Shown one piece after another: positions 1-8,746 of a stretch of DNA of 64,000 nt. The first letter of the stretch is position 1. Each line of letters opens with the position of its first letter. The stretch is taken from NCBI GenBank assembly GCA_965541615.1, contig CBEUCJ010000003.1, forward strand, positions 32,186 to 96,185. Reading direction: 5' to 3'. Source of the stretch: an uncultured bacterium (GTDB lineage: Bacteria; Omnitrophota; Gorgyraeia; Duberdicusellales; CBEUCJ01). The notes under the pieces were generated by a model. It made no database searches and was not told the origin of the DNA. It saw only the letters and a list, made by a program, of their open reading frames with translations. Position numbers and translations under genes: made by a program.

Positions 1-636
1 TGAAGAGAAAATTAAGGGTAATATAGGATGGTAAAAAGGTGAAGTAGTAATTTCAATTTGACCTGATTCTAAAAACCTTTTATAAGTATCTAAAATTGAA
101 TTCAATATTTTTTGATGAAACTCTAATACATAGATTTTATCTTCTTCAGAAAAGAATCTTGATTTTATAACTATTTCTTTTAATCGAGGATCAGAAAATC
201 TAAAAGTAGGGTCTACCCAACTGAGATTAAATAGCACTTGAAGGTCTAAAATGTCTTGATCTGTAAATTCTTGGTTTTTATTTTTCTTCTGGAATAACTC
301 ATAGTATCTTGGAAAAGGTGTAATCATATTTTCAAGATTACATTTAAAAAAGTTATCTATTATAAAATCACGCTCTTGAGGTGTGAGTTCTGATGGTTTT
401 TTATAACTTAACTCTAAATATCTATCTTTTTTATCTTTCAAATTTATTATCTGTTCTAATAAAGAAGGTGTAAGATTAAAAGTTAATTTTATTTTTGGAA
501 ATTCATTTAAGATAAAGACCATATCCATATAATCTTTTACTGAATGCAACCTTACCCAAGGAGAAAGTACTTTATTTTCTACTAAATCTTCATAAAAAGG
601 CTGGTGCATATGCCAGATAATACAGAGGTTAATCAT
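1..636 (-). CDS. Glycoside hydrolase family 57 (alpha-glucan active enzyme), N-terminal part; gene continues beyond window start
   Basis: Not in the ORF track because there is no stop inside the window. Reverse-strand translation from the ATG at 636..634 gives MINLCIIWHMHQPFYEDLVENKVLSPWVRLHSVKDYMDM... The WHxHQP and PWxRLHxxKDYxxM motifs are those I recall as typical of the GH57 N-terminus. Confidence 0.6.
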   Translation of the reverse strand, partial: MINLCIIWHMHQPFYEDLVENKVLSPWVRLHSVKDYMDMVFILNEFPKIKLTFNLTPSLLEQIINLKDKKDRYLELSYKKPSELTPQERDFIIDNFFKCNLENMITPFPRYYELFQKKNKNQEFTDQDILDLQVLFNLSWVDPTFRFSDPRLKEIVIKSRFFSEEDKIYVLEFHQKILNSILDTYKRFLESGQIEITTSPFYHPILPLIFSS

Positions 637-659
637 GGCAATCTATTATAACATTTTTT

Positions 660-697
660 TTAAAAATAAAAAGCCCCACTCTTTAAAGAGTGGGGCT
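660..697 (-). terminator. Rho-independent terminator downstream of the porin gene (perfect 10-bp GC-rich stem, U-tract on minus strand)
   Basis: agccccactc (672-681) / tttaaa loop / gagtggggct (688-697). The minus-strand transcript continues with UUUUUAUUUUUAAAAAAAA (revcomp of 652-671). It sits 29 nt after the porin stop codon. Confidence 0.55.
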
Positions 698-725
698 ATA
701 AAAATTTAATGAATAATTAAATCTT

Positions 726-2036
726 TTAGAATGTAACCTTTACAGCTCCTCTTACTTGATAACCTACATCATCATTTGAAGATGCAAAGAGATCAGATGG
801 AAAGAATAAAGCTGTGCACAATCCAAACTGAACATCTTCATTATAGTCATAGACTAAACCAAAATCTAACTCATCACCAACATCCTTCTCATTGGTGTTG
901 ACAGCATAGGTGTAGGTATTTGTGCCTCTTATAGTATTCACAGAAATTTGAGATACAGATATCTTTTCAGCTAAAATTAAATGAGAATATAATCCCCATA
1001 AAGTTACATCATCTCTTAACTTTGTTTGACCTGTCAGAGAAATAACATGAGAATTTGTATTAGCAAACAACAAGTTAGCTATTATTCCAGGAGATTGATC
1101 TTCAAACATTGGATCCCAACCTTCATAGGTAGAAGTCCCACGATCATCACCAGAAAGGTAAGTATAAATTAAACCTACACCTGCTTTTTCTAAATTGTAA
1201 TTTACTCCAACTTGAACTCCTACTGCTGATCTGTTATTGTTTTTACTTACATTACTTGCTGACTGATAATCACCAAACTGATAAGCTATTTCACCTGTTA
1301 AACTTAAATTCTCATTCAAATCTCCTTGTCCTCTTACTCCTACACAATAGACAGTATCTTTCTTTTCTGAAGGATTTCCTTTTCCTTGCTGACCTGTCCT
1401 TTTTGCAAAAAAGTAAGCTTCAAGTATAGCATTTTTCTTTCCTACATCATATTTTAAGTTAATTCCATAGAGATCTGTATCATCATCTACATTGATAGTA
1501 TTTCCACTATCTACTTTTGCATAAATTAAATCTACTGTTAAAGGAGCTAAATCCAAGACTGCTTTTACAGCATCAAAAGATTTTCTTAAAGAAAGATCTG
1601 TTAAAAAGAAACTATTTTGGACTTCAGAAATGTCTCTGTTAGTATCTGGATCACCAACTATTAACCCACTGCCATACTTTAAAGGTTGGCGACCAATAAC
1701 TAAAGTTAAATTTTCATTTACAAACTCTTTTAAAGTTACATAGCATTGATCTAAATCTACATCTGTAGATGCGACTGTAGAAATTCCCCAGTTTTTCTCA
1801 GTAAGCATTCTAATTGCAGCAAATATATTTTCTGTTAAATCTGCATTAATCTGTAGATAACCCTGTAAAGTTAAGAAATTGCTCTCATCAGGTGTACCTA
1901 ATTTGGAGCCTAATGAGATATCTTCAACTACTCCATTTGTAATAATTCCTCCAGAAACTTTTACATTTTCAAGTGCTGCAAAACTTAAAGGAGCTGTTAT
2001 AAGTAAAACTCCTAAAATTAATAATAATTTTTTCAT
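726..2036 (-). CDS. Outer-membrane beta-barrel protein (porin-like), signal peptide, C-terminal Phe
   Basis: 436 aa. N-terminal signal peptide MKKLLLILGVLLITAPLSFA. Alternating hydrophobic beta-strand pattern throughout. Terminal ...VKVTF, the aromatic C-terminus typical of OM barrels. SD aaaaggagg 6 nt upstream of the ATG. Confidence 0.5.
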   Translation of the reverse strand: MKKLLLILGVLLITAPLSFAALENVKVSGGIITNGVVEDISLGSKLGTPDESNFLTLQGYLQINADLTENIFAAIRMLTEKNWGISTVASTDVDLDQCYVTLKEFVNENLTLVIGRQPLKYGSGLIVGDPDTNRDISEVQNSFFLTDLSLRKSFDAVKAVLDLAPLTVDLIYAKVDSGNTINVDDDTDLYGINLKYDVGKKNAILEAYFFAKRTGQQGKGNPSEKKDTVYCVGVRGQGDLNENLSLTGEIAYQFGDYQSASNVSKNNNRSAVGVQVGVNYNLEKAGVGLIYTYLSGDDRGTSTYEGWDPMFEDQSPGIIANLLFANTNSHVISLTGQTKLRDDVTLWGLYSHLILAEKISVSQISVNTIRGTNTYTYAVNTNEKDVGDELDFGLVYDYNEDVQFGLCTALFFPSDLFASSNDDVGYQVRGAVKVTF

Positions 2037-2301
2037 TTTTCTTGCCTCCTTTTAGAAATTTAAATTTATATATAACAAGGTCTCTCAAAACCTTGTTATA
2101 ATCTATTTGAGTTATATCACCCCTTCTTAATTTAGCATACTCTGGCTTTTTAAACTTTTCCTCACCTCCTTTCTCGCCCAGATTGAGTATGCTTAGGGGT
2201 GGTATAACCATCTTTTAAAATTTTCAAATAACTTATTATATTTATCGCAAAAATATAAAAAATGTCAAGAAATTTTATTAAAAAATTTCAAAATCAATAT
2301 T

Positions 2302-2943
2302 TCAAAAATAGGACTTTACTCCTCTTATCCACTTACAGAACTCACAATTTGGAGAACTTTCAGGAATATCATCAGATTCTAAAATTTTTATTGCTCTCTC
2401 AAAGACTTCTTTTGCAAATTCAGGATTCGTATCTATGATATGGACATCTATTTCAAAATCAAATCCATACAAAGCTTGAGCTTTTATAGGATAGTAATAC
2501 ACTAAAACTGCTTTTTTCTTTGTCTTATAACCATTCTCTTCTAATAAAAGAGTATACACATCCATTTGAAACTTAAAAGAATCATGTATGCTTTGGGGAG
2601 CTGATCCCCTTGTTTTGTGATCTAAAGCTGCATAGGTATTATCCTGAAATACTATACATTCATCTAACTTCCCCCATAATAAAAAATCAGATTGAGGAGG
2701 TTTATAATACAAAGATTTTGGTAAATATTCTATTAGCTTTGCAGATAGTTTCTTTTCTAAAAAAGGAGGTAAAATCTTCTTTTCTCTAAAAAGATTGAAA
2801 TATTCTTTTATAATAGAATCCATACCTTGAGTAATTGAAGGCAAAGGTCTTTCAGGTCTTTTTATTCCTTTCTTGATACGTAACCAAAAGCATCTTGGGC
2901 ACTCTAAAAATAAGTTAAGGGTTGAAGCTGAAAGTTTAATCAT
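2302..2943 (-). CDS. Cas4-like / RecB-family PD-(D/E)XK nuclease with Fe-S cluster cysteines (stand-alone)
   Basis: N-terminal LSASTLNLFLECPRCFWL (CPR motif as in Cas4/AddB N-termini). GKLDE...ALDHK (D...DxK catalytic spacing). QALY (QxxxY-like). C-terminal CEFC. Four Cys in total, placed for a 4Fe-4S cluster. Confidence 0.4.
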   Translation of the reverse strand: MIKLSASTLNLFLECPRCFWLRIKKGIKRPERPLPSITQGMDSIIKEYFNLFREKKILPPFLEKKLSAKLIEYLPKSLYYKPPQSDFLLWGKLDECIVFQDNTYAALDHKTRGSAPQSIHDSFKFQMDVYTLLLEENGYKTKKKAVLVYYYPIKAQALYGFDFEIDVHIIDTNPEFAKEVFERAIKILESDDIPESSPNCEFCKWIRGVKSYF

Positions 2944-2993
2944 AACCTTAAAATATTAATATAACAGAACATTTTCTAATGTAAAATAATTCT

Positions 2994-3022
2994 TTGCATG
3001 AAAAATTATTTAGGTATAGAAT
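2994..3022 (+). promoter_or_regulatory. Sigma70-like promoter for the plus-strand gene 3048..3521
   Basis: TTGCAT (2994-2999), 17-nt spacer, TAGAAT (3017-3022). SD AAGGAGG at 3035-3041, 6 nt before the ATG. Confidence 0.4.
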
Positions 3023-3047
3023 TAGAATGTAAAAAAGGAGGTGTAAG

Positions 3048-3521
3048 ATGAAAAAGTTTAAAATTATAGGCATTTTGTTATCTGTTCTTTTATTTCCAAC
3101 TTTCTTAAATGCCTCTGAAGAAAAACCCCTTCCCTCACAGACAAAAGAAGCTCCTCTTGTAAAAGAAATCTTTTCTCTTGCAGATAAAGCTAAAGAAAAA
3201 TTGAATGAATTAGAAATAGCTATTAAAGAAAAAAAATCTGATAAAAAAATTAAAAAATTAATTAAAGAGTATACATCAGCTGTAAATGAGCTTACACAAA
3301 AAATTCAGAATGTTCAAAATAAAAAAGAAATAAATAAAGCTTTAGAGACTGTAAGAGAAGTTACCAAAAAACACACTCAAAGATTAAAGCAACTTTTAAA
3401 CAAAGCTCCATATGAAGCTAAAAACGCTATAAAACATGCCATCAGAGTATCAAAAAGAGGCAGAATAATTGCTTCAGAAAGATTAAGTAAAAAGCTTTTT
3501 AAGAGAATTAAATCAAAATGA
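3048..3521 (+). CDS. Secreted lysine-rich coiled-coil protein (possibly Skp/OmpH-like periplasmic chaperone)
   Basis: Signal peptide MKKFKIIGILLSVLLFPTFLNA. The rest is K/E-rich predicted helix, about 157 aa, which is Skp-like size and composition. It is the only convincing plus-strand gene in the window. Confidence 0.45.
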   Translation: MKKFKIIGILLSVLLFPTFLNASEEKPLPSQTKEAPLVKEIFSLADKAKEKLNELEIAIKEKKSDKKIKKLIKEYTSAVNELTQKIQNVQNKKEINKALETVREVTKKHTQRLKQLLNKAPYEAKNAIKHAIRVSKRGRIIASERLSKKLFKRIKSK

Positions 3522-3677
3522 AAAAATCAAAATGAAAAATAGAAGATTTCTTTAAAAGAGCTTTAGGATATAAATTTTTATTACCCTATGAAATGCAAAA
3601 GAAGAGAAAGTAAGCTTAGCTCTAATAGTTATTTTGTCGATAGAAAAAATCTTAGAATGTTCTCTATCAAAAGAGAC

Positions 3678-4232
3678 TCAATTAAAAAGATTTTTACGCC
3701 ACCTGTTTTCTTTATAATATTGGCGATCTTTTATTTGATGTAAGTAATCTTTTAATACACCTCTGTAAGGCCAAAAACCAAATTTTAACATCTCTTTGTA
3801 GGCTTCTTTGATAGATTTTCCTTCTACTATAATTCTATAAATAGCTACCATCAATCCTGTCCTGTCCCTTCCACTCTTGCAATATATAAATACAGGAAGA
3901 TTTTTTTGAGAAGTTACTGTATCTAAAAATTTTATTATTTTTTCATCCTCAGGAAACTTATAGACACTCAAAGGGATATTCACACATTTTAAACCTATCT
4001 CATCTAAAAATTTTTGGCAAGGTGAATTAGTAAGATTTATTACTGTCTTTATTCCCAAATTTTTTAAGTAAAGCCAAACTTTTTGATCTTTGGGTTCTGC
4101 TCCTCTATAGATATTCTCATTTACTTTATGAAAATTGGGTATTTTTAAGAAAGGGTCTTCTAAATAGCTTAGATAACTACAACTAGATAAAAAAAATAAT
4201 AAAATAAAAAAAATTTTAAGATTTTTACTCAT
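3678..4232 (-). CDS. Protein-tyrosine / dual-specificity phosphatase, lipoprotein-type signal
   Basis: CX5R P-loop IYCKSGRDRTG. N-terminal signal with LSSC lipobox-like cysteine. Confidence 0.6.
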   Translation of the reverse strand: MSKNLKIFFILLFFLSSCSYLSYLEDPFLKIPNFHKVNENIYRGAEPKDQKVWLYLKNLGIKTVINLTNSPCQKFLDEIGLKCVNIPLSVYKFPEDEKIIKFLDTVTSQKNLPVFIYCKSGRDRTGLMVAIYRIIVEGKSIKEAYKEMLKFGFWPYRGVLKDYLHQIKDRQYYKENRWRKNLFN

Positions 4233-4237
4233 CTTAT

Positions 4238-4825
4238 TTAAGAAATAGAATTAGAATTAAGAATTATATCTATCCTTAAAAAAACCTCAGGATTTTGAAG
4301 AGACTTAGGTTGAGTGGGTTTTTCTCTTAATGTGAAACGTATCCTAACACCATTATTTACACCATTAGAGCTAATTGGTACTAATTGAGAATTAGCTGTG
4401 ACTATTTTTGAATCTATAAGTTGAGTATATCCTACAACAGAGCCTGAAAAAGTTGAAGAATAAGGAATTCTGCTCTTCATCCATAAAGAGTTATTCCAAA
4501 TAATAAAATTTGTTCCTGAATTATCATCAGGTTGATAGTTATTGTTAGCATCTTCTCTTACCCACACACCTATTATCTGTCCGCCTGAGTAGATTGGTTT
4601 TATACCTGTATCTAACTTACTGCCACCCACACTTTCTTTAATTTTCTTTGCGATGTTCTCAACGCCATACATACCTTCATTTATTAAAGCTATTCTTTTT
4701 TCTATAATTTTTAATTGAGTCCTCGCAAACAAATCAAAAGCTACAGGGATAGCTATTACTACTCCTAACAACATAGCTGAAATCATTAACTCTACCAATG
4801 TAAGACTTTTTTTTGTCGTCACCAT
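4238..4825 (-). CDS. Minor pilin / pseudopilin (prepilin-type N-terminus)
   Basis: MVTTKKSLTLVELMISAMLLGVVIA. Class III signal with Leu-Thr-Leu-Val-Glu and a hydrophobic helix. 195 aa. Confidence 0.55.
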   Translation of the reverse strand: MVTTKKSLTLVELMISAMLLGVVIAIPVAFDLFARTQLKIIEKRIALINEGMYGVENIAKKIKESVGGSKLDTGIKPIYSGGQIIGVWVREDANNNYQPDDNSGTNFIIWNNSLWMKSRIPYSSTFSGSVVGYTQLIDSKIVTANSQLVPISSNGVNNGVRIRFTLREKPTQPKSLQNPEVFLRIDIILNSNSIS

Positions 4826-5181
4826 GTCACATTAATAGTTACTTTTCTACAGGTAGTGTTTGTAGAAGAGACTGTATAATTGCGTGAATAATTAATATTA
4901 TCTATAACTACATTACCTGCTGTATGCAAACCCAAAGACAAATCTCCTTTACCTGTACTCCACCAATCTTCTCTTACATCATCATATAAACTTTCCAAAA
5001 CTTCTCTTGCCAACTGAGTAGCCTGTAATCTATGTAAAGACCTTAAATTTAATTTTTTTACACTCAATATTGCACTTACCAAACCCACAAATACACTAGC
5101 TGTTATTAAACTCCCCATAAGGACTTCAGTTAAAGTCAATGATTTTTTATTTTTATTAGGGAAGAGGTTCATTTTTTTCAC
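4819..5181 (-). CDS. Minor pilin / pseudopilin
   Basis: NKKSLTLTEVLMGSLITASVFVGL after a 13-aa leader. 4-nt overlap with the neighbouring genes. Confidence 0.5.
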   Translation of the reverse strand: MKKMNLFPNKNKKSLTLTEVLMGSLITASVFVGLVSAILSVKKLNLRSLHRLQATQLAREVLESLYDDVREDWWSTGKGDLSLGLHTAGNVVIDNINYSRNYTVSSTNTTCRKVTINVTW

Positions 5182-5506
5182 TTAGAATATCTTTTGCTGT
5201 TCCTATATATTTAGCTTTAACTTGCCAAGGGTTCTTTACTACTTGAAAATCCCAATTTTCAGAAGAGATATCCAATTTTAATTTTGCATTACAATCTGAA
5301 GTATTACTACATGTTACATAACTCCCTGTCTCCAACTTGCATATTTTCTCAGCTTGCTTAATCAACTCCATTAGGGTATCAGCTTCTCTTTCAATGGAAT
5401 TTACCACAGCTTTTCTGTAAAGAGGAATAGAAATACTTGCTAAGATAATTATGATGAGTATTACTATCATTAATTCTAGTAAAGTAAATGAAACTTTCCT
5501 CTTCAT
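5156..5506 (-). CDS. Type IV prepilin-like protein
   Basis: MKRKVSFTLLELMIVILIIIILASISIPLY. Canonical N-methylation-site motif with Ser at -1 and Glu at +5. Confidence 0.65.
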   Translation of the reverse strand: MKRKVSFTLLELMIVILIIIILASISIPLYRKAVVNSIEREADTLMELIKQAEKICKLETGSYVTCSNTSDCNAKLKLDISSENWDFQVVKNPWQVKAKYIGTAKDILSEKNEPLP

Positions 5507-5508
5507 TT

Positions 5509-5859
5509 TTAATACACTGTAATTAAACCTTCTTTATTTATTTGAACATGCAAATTCTGATAAGGTGATCTTTGTTTGATAGCAGTTACTGTAAAACTAT
5601 TCACATTTCCACTGAAAGTGTAATTCCAATCTTGGTTAGAGGGATTAGAAATATCTAAATCTTGCCATCCTGTTGGAAATGTTTCCTTATCTTCTATGCA
5701 TCTTAAAATAGAGGCTCTGATTTGATGAAGTACTGCTTTGGCAGAAGCTATTAAGGCTTTCTTTAACTGAGTTCTATATATAGAAAAACCTATTCCCACC
5801 AATATAAGAATTATAATTATGGTTACTATAATTTCTATTAAAGTAAAACTCCTCCTCAA
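5509..5859 (-). CDS. Type IV prepilin-like protein
   Basis: MRRSFTLIEIIVTIIIILILVGI. Confidence 0.7.
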   Translation of the reverse strand: MRRSFTLIEIIVTIIIILILVGIGFSIYRTQLKKALIASAKAVLHQIRASILRCIEDKETFPTGWQDLDISNPSNQDWNYTFSGNVNSFTVTAIKQRSPYQNLHVQINKEGLITVY

Positions 5860-6239
5860 AAGCTCTCTACCTTACTTGGCTTTATTTTCATTTTATAGTT
5901 TCTACCACCAGTCTTAGAAGTAGCTATTATCTCGGCAGCGTCAGGATTGGAGGGGTTATTTACCTTATAAGTAAAATGTTTACTTTCAGAAGGGAGTCTT
6001 ATACCTGTGTTCTTTTCTAAAGCATTAAAGTCTGAAGTAAAAAATCCATTCTCAGCATGATAGATAATTTCAGCTTTTCTTATCAGCTCCATCATAGAAG
6101 TCGCCTCTGCTTTTCGAGCTTTTTCTACAGCCTTTTTATACTGAGTTACTCCAAAACTTGCCAATATAGAAATAGTTACTATTACTGTAATTAATTCTAT
6201 AAGAGTAAAGCTATCTCTCTTACAAATTATTTTCATCAA
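5856..6239 (-). CDS. Type IV prepilin-like protein
   Basis: KRDSFTLIELITVIVTISILAS. Confidence 0.7.
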   Translation of the reverse strand: MMKIICKRDSFTLIELITVIVTISILASFGVTQYKKAVEKARKAEATSMMELIRKAEIIYHAENGFFTSDFNALEKNTGIRLPSESKHFTYKVNNPSNPDAAEIIATSKTGGRNYKMKIKPSKVESF

Positions 6240-6657
6240 TGTCCCAAGTATTATTTATATAATTGTAATCTATGACTCGAGCTCCACCTTTTGCTTTGTT
6301 ATTTACATACAGGTGGGAAGAATTAGAGGTATAATTTGCATAATAGTATCTATTTCCATCGCCATATTTTGCTCTAAGACTAACTTTAATATCGGTCTCA
6401 CCATCACTATCTACATCTAAACTTAAAAGTTGAGTAGAAGAGCCATTAAAGCTTTCATTATAATAATTTCCATTTATTTGATAATAAAGTTGCAAAGCTT
6501 TCCCAATCTCTTTTGCTAAATCCATAGCCATAGATTTTCTTGCTCTTAAAACTACTTTGTAATAAGTAGCTACTCCTATTGAAGCTAATATGGCTATGAT
6601 TAAAATAACTGTGATTACTTCTGCTAACGTAAATCCTTTTTTTCTACAAAAAATCAT
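6220..6657 (-). CDS. Type IV prepilin-like protein
   Basis: RKKGFTLAEVITVILIIAILASIG (Gly at -1). Confidence 0.7.
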   Translation of the reverse strand: MIFCRKKGFTLAEVITVILIIAILASIGVATYYKVVLRARKSMAMDLAKEIGKALQLYYQINGNYYNESFNGSSTQLLSLDVDSDGETDIKVSLRAKYGDGNRYYYANYTSNSSHLYVNNKAKGGARVIDYNYINNTWDIDENNL

Positions 6658-7049
6658 TACTTAGGTATTAAAGGATGTGTTCCTCCTATTTGTCCAGTTT
6701 CATTTATTGTCACAGTTTTATTTTCATATCTTCCTCTTCGTCTCGTAGCAGTTGCAATAAAATTACTCGTACTATTCGTAGTAGTAATATTAAAACTCCA
6801 ATCAGTATCATTAACTTTTGCTACTTCGGGCACTTCTTCACTAAGATCAGACAAACTGGTTGTATAATTATCATAAAGAGAATGATAAATGGCTTCTGCC
6901 TTTCTTATCATATCTAATTTAGAAATAGCTGCTGAAACTTTCGCTCTTTCTTGAACTTTTATAAATTGAGGAATAGCTATAGCTGCTAAAATAGCTATGA
7001 TTATAATTACTATTGTCAATTCTGCTAAAGTAAAACTTTTCTTTATCAT
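6657..7049 (-). CDS. Type IV pilin (candidate major subunit)
   Basis: MIKKSFTLAELTIVIIIIAILAAIAIPQF. C-terminus GQIGGTHPLIPK is paralogous to the next gene. Confidence 0.7.
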   Translation of the reverse strand: MIKKSFTLAELTIVIIIIAILAAIAIPQFIKVQERAKVSAAISKLDMIRKAEAIYHSLYDNYTTSLSDLSEEVPEVAKVNDTDWSFNITTTNSTSNFIATATRRRGRYENKTVTINETGQIGGTHPLIPK

Positions 7050-7116
7050 TCTCTAACCTCCTCTTTTAAAACTATGATATTTTTATTATTCCATTTAAAT
7101 ATACCACAAAAAAACA

Positions 7117-7524
7117 TCATCTTAAAGGATGAGTGCCTCCAAATTTTCCAGTCTCATTTATGCTAATAACATAACCTGCATATTCACTTTCACCTATTCT
7201 TTCAGCCTCTGCTAAAAAACTTTTGTCATCAGCATAAACTATAGTATATTTCCAGTCTTCATCGCCCAAAATTTTTTCATTTAATTCAGGAACCTCTTGT
7301 GCCAATTCTTCAAAATCATCTGTATAGGTATCATATATTGAAAAGTACATACTTTCAGCTTTTTTAATAAGATTTAACTTAACTTTTGCAGAGGTAACTT
7401 TTGTTCTCTCTAAGAATTTCTTATATTGAGGTAAAGCTATACTTATTAATATTACAATAGCTACAATTACAATTACTAATTCAATAAGAGTGAAACTTCT
7501 TTTTTTAAAAGAAAATAAATTCAT
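7117..7524 (-). CDS. Type IV pilin (candidate major subunit, paralog of 6657..7049)
   Basis: KKRSFTLIELVIVIVAIVILISIALPQY. C-terminus GKFGGTHPLR. It is the first pilin gene after the platform gene. Confidence 0.7.
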   Translation of the reverse strand: MNLFSFKKRSFTLIELVIVIVAIVILISIALPQYKKFLERTKVTSAKVKLNLIKKAESMYFSIYDTYTDDFEELAQEVPELNEKILGDEDWKYTIVYADDKSFLAEAERIGESEYAGYVISINETGKFGGTHPLR

Positions 7525-8735
7525 TTACCTCCCAAAGTAGCTAACCTAAATATTGGTAAATACATTGCAATTACTAATGTACCTACAAAACCACCAATAA
7601 TTACTATCATTGCAGGCTCAAATAAAGCAATAAACCTTGCAATCTTTGCTTCTATAATTTTGTAATAATACTCTTGTATCTTTTTAAACATACCTGTAAG
7701 ATTCCCAACTTCCTCTCCTATCCTTATCATTTGAACTACCAGAGGTGGAAAATAATCAAACTTTCCTAAAGGTGCGTTTAAAGACTTCCCCTTCCTTACG
7801 CTTTCTTTTACTTCTTTTATTATTCCCTTCAAAACAGTATTTGTAGCTGACCTTTCGCTAATCTCTAGAGAATATACAATTGGAACTCCAGCCTCTAAAA
7901 GTGTAGCTATCTCTGAAGAAAACCTCTCTAAAGAAACTTCTTTTAAAAACGTCCCCAATAAAGGAATTCTTAATGTAATTCTATCAAAGATTTCTTTCCC
8001 TGTAGGTGTCCGAATAAATTTATAAAAGAAAAATAATATCATAGGGATTAATATCAATAATACAAGCCATGCCTTTCCTACAAAACTACTTACTTTAAAA
8101 AGCAACTTAGTCAAGAAAGGTATCTTTATATTGAATTCTGAAAATATTGTTTTAAATTTAGGTGTAATTATTAAGATAAAAAAAGCTACAGCTCCTATTG
8201 CTATAAAAAAGAGTATTGTAGGATATAAGAGTGCTGTTATTATCTTTCTCCTAAATTCTAATTTTTGTTCTAAATAATAAGCTAATCTTTCTAAAACTAA
8301 AGCTAAATTTCCTGAAGCTTCTCCTATTTCTACTAAACCTACCCATAAATCTGAAAATACTTTTGGAAACTTTCTAAGAGCATCTGAAAAACTGCTACCT
8401 TTCTCTACTTCTATCTTTATCCTTTCTACAATCTGTTGCAATTTAAAACTACCTATCTGAAACTTACAAATCTCTAAAGCTTTTACTAAAGTAACTCCTG
8501 CACTTATCATAGTAGCTAACTGATAAGCAAACATTAATAGATCTGTAGCTCTTACAGTTCGATGAGTAAATCTTTTCTTCTCTTTTTTAAAAGAAAGTGC
8601 AAGGGGTGTTATTTTTATAACTATCAATCCTTCCTCTCCAAGTCTTTTTACTAATTCCTCATAAGAATCTGCTTCTTCTATATTAACTACTTTTCTTCCT
8701 TGCTTATCTCTTGCAAAGTATTTGAAAAGTGGCAT
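7521..8735 (-). CDS. Type II secretion / type IV pilus inner-membrane platform protein (GspF/PilC/MshG family)
   Basis: 404 aa. Two T2SSF-like repeats with 3 TM segments. C-terminal ...IFRLATLGGK region is conserved in GspF/PilC. Confidence 0.85.
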   Translation of the reverse strand: MPLFKYFARDKQGRKVVNIEEADSYEELVKRLGEEGLIVIKITPLALSFKKEKKRFTHRTVRATDLLMFAYQLATMISAGVTLVKALEICKFQIGSFKLQQIVERIKIEVEKGSSFSDALRKFPKVFSDLWVGLVEIGEASGNLALVLERLAYYLEQKLEFRRKIITALLYPTILFFIAIGAVAFFILIITPKFKTIFSEFNIKIPFLTKLLFKVSSFVGKAWLVLLILIPMILFFFYKFIRTPTGKEIFDRITLRIPLLGTFLKEVSLERFSSEIATLLEAGVPIVYSLEISERSATNTVLKGIIKEVKESVRKGKSLNAPLGKFDYFPPLVVQMIRIGEEVGNLTGMFKKIQEYYYKIIEAKIARFIALFEPAMIVIIGGFVGTLVIAMYLPIFRLATLGGK

Positions 8736-8746
8736 AATTTAAAATT

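Noticed and set aside
1969-2211. 80-aa minus-strand ORF overlapping the porin start and upstream region
   Set aside because: Overlaps the porin N-terminus and SD; low-complexity K-rich translation; the region is better explained as porin 5'UTR with inverted repeats.
6675-6917. 80-aa plus-strand ORF antisense to a pilin gene
   Set aside because: Fully embedded antisense to a well-supported prepilin CDS; Cys/Ser/Ile-rich junk typical of AT-rich antisense frames.
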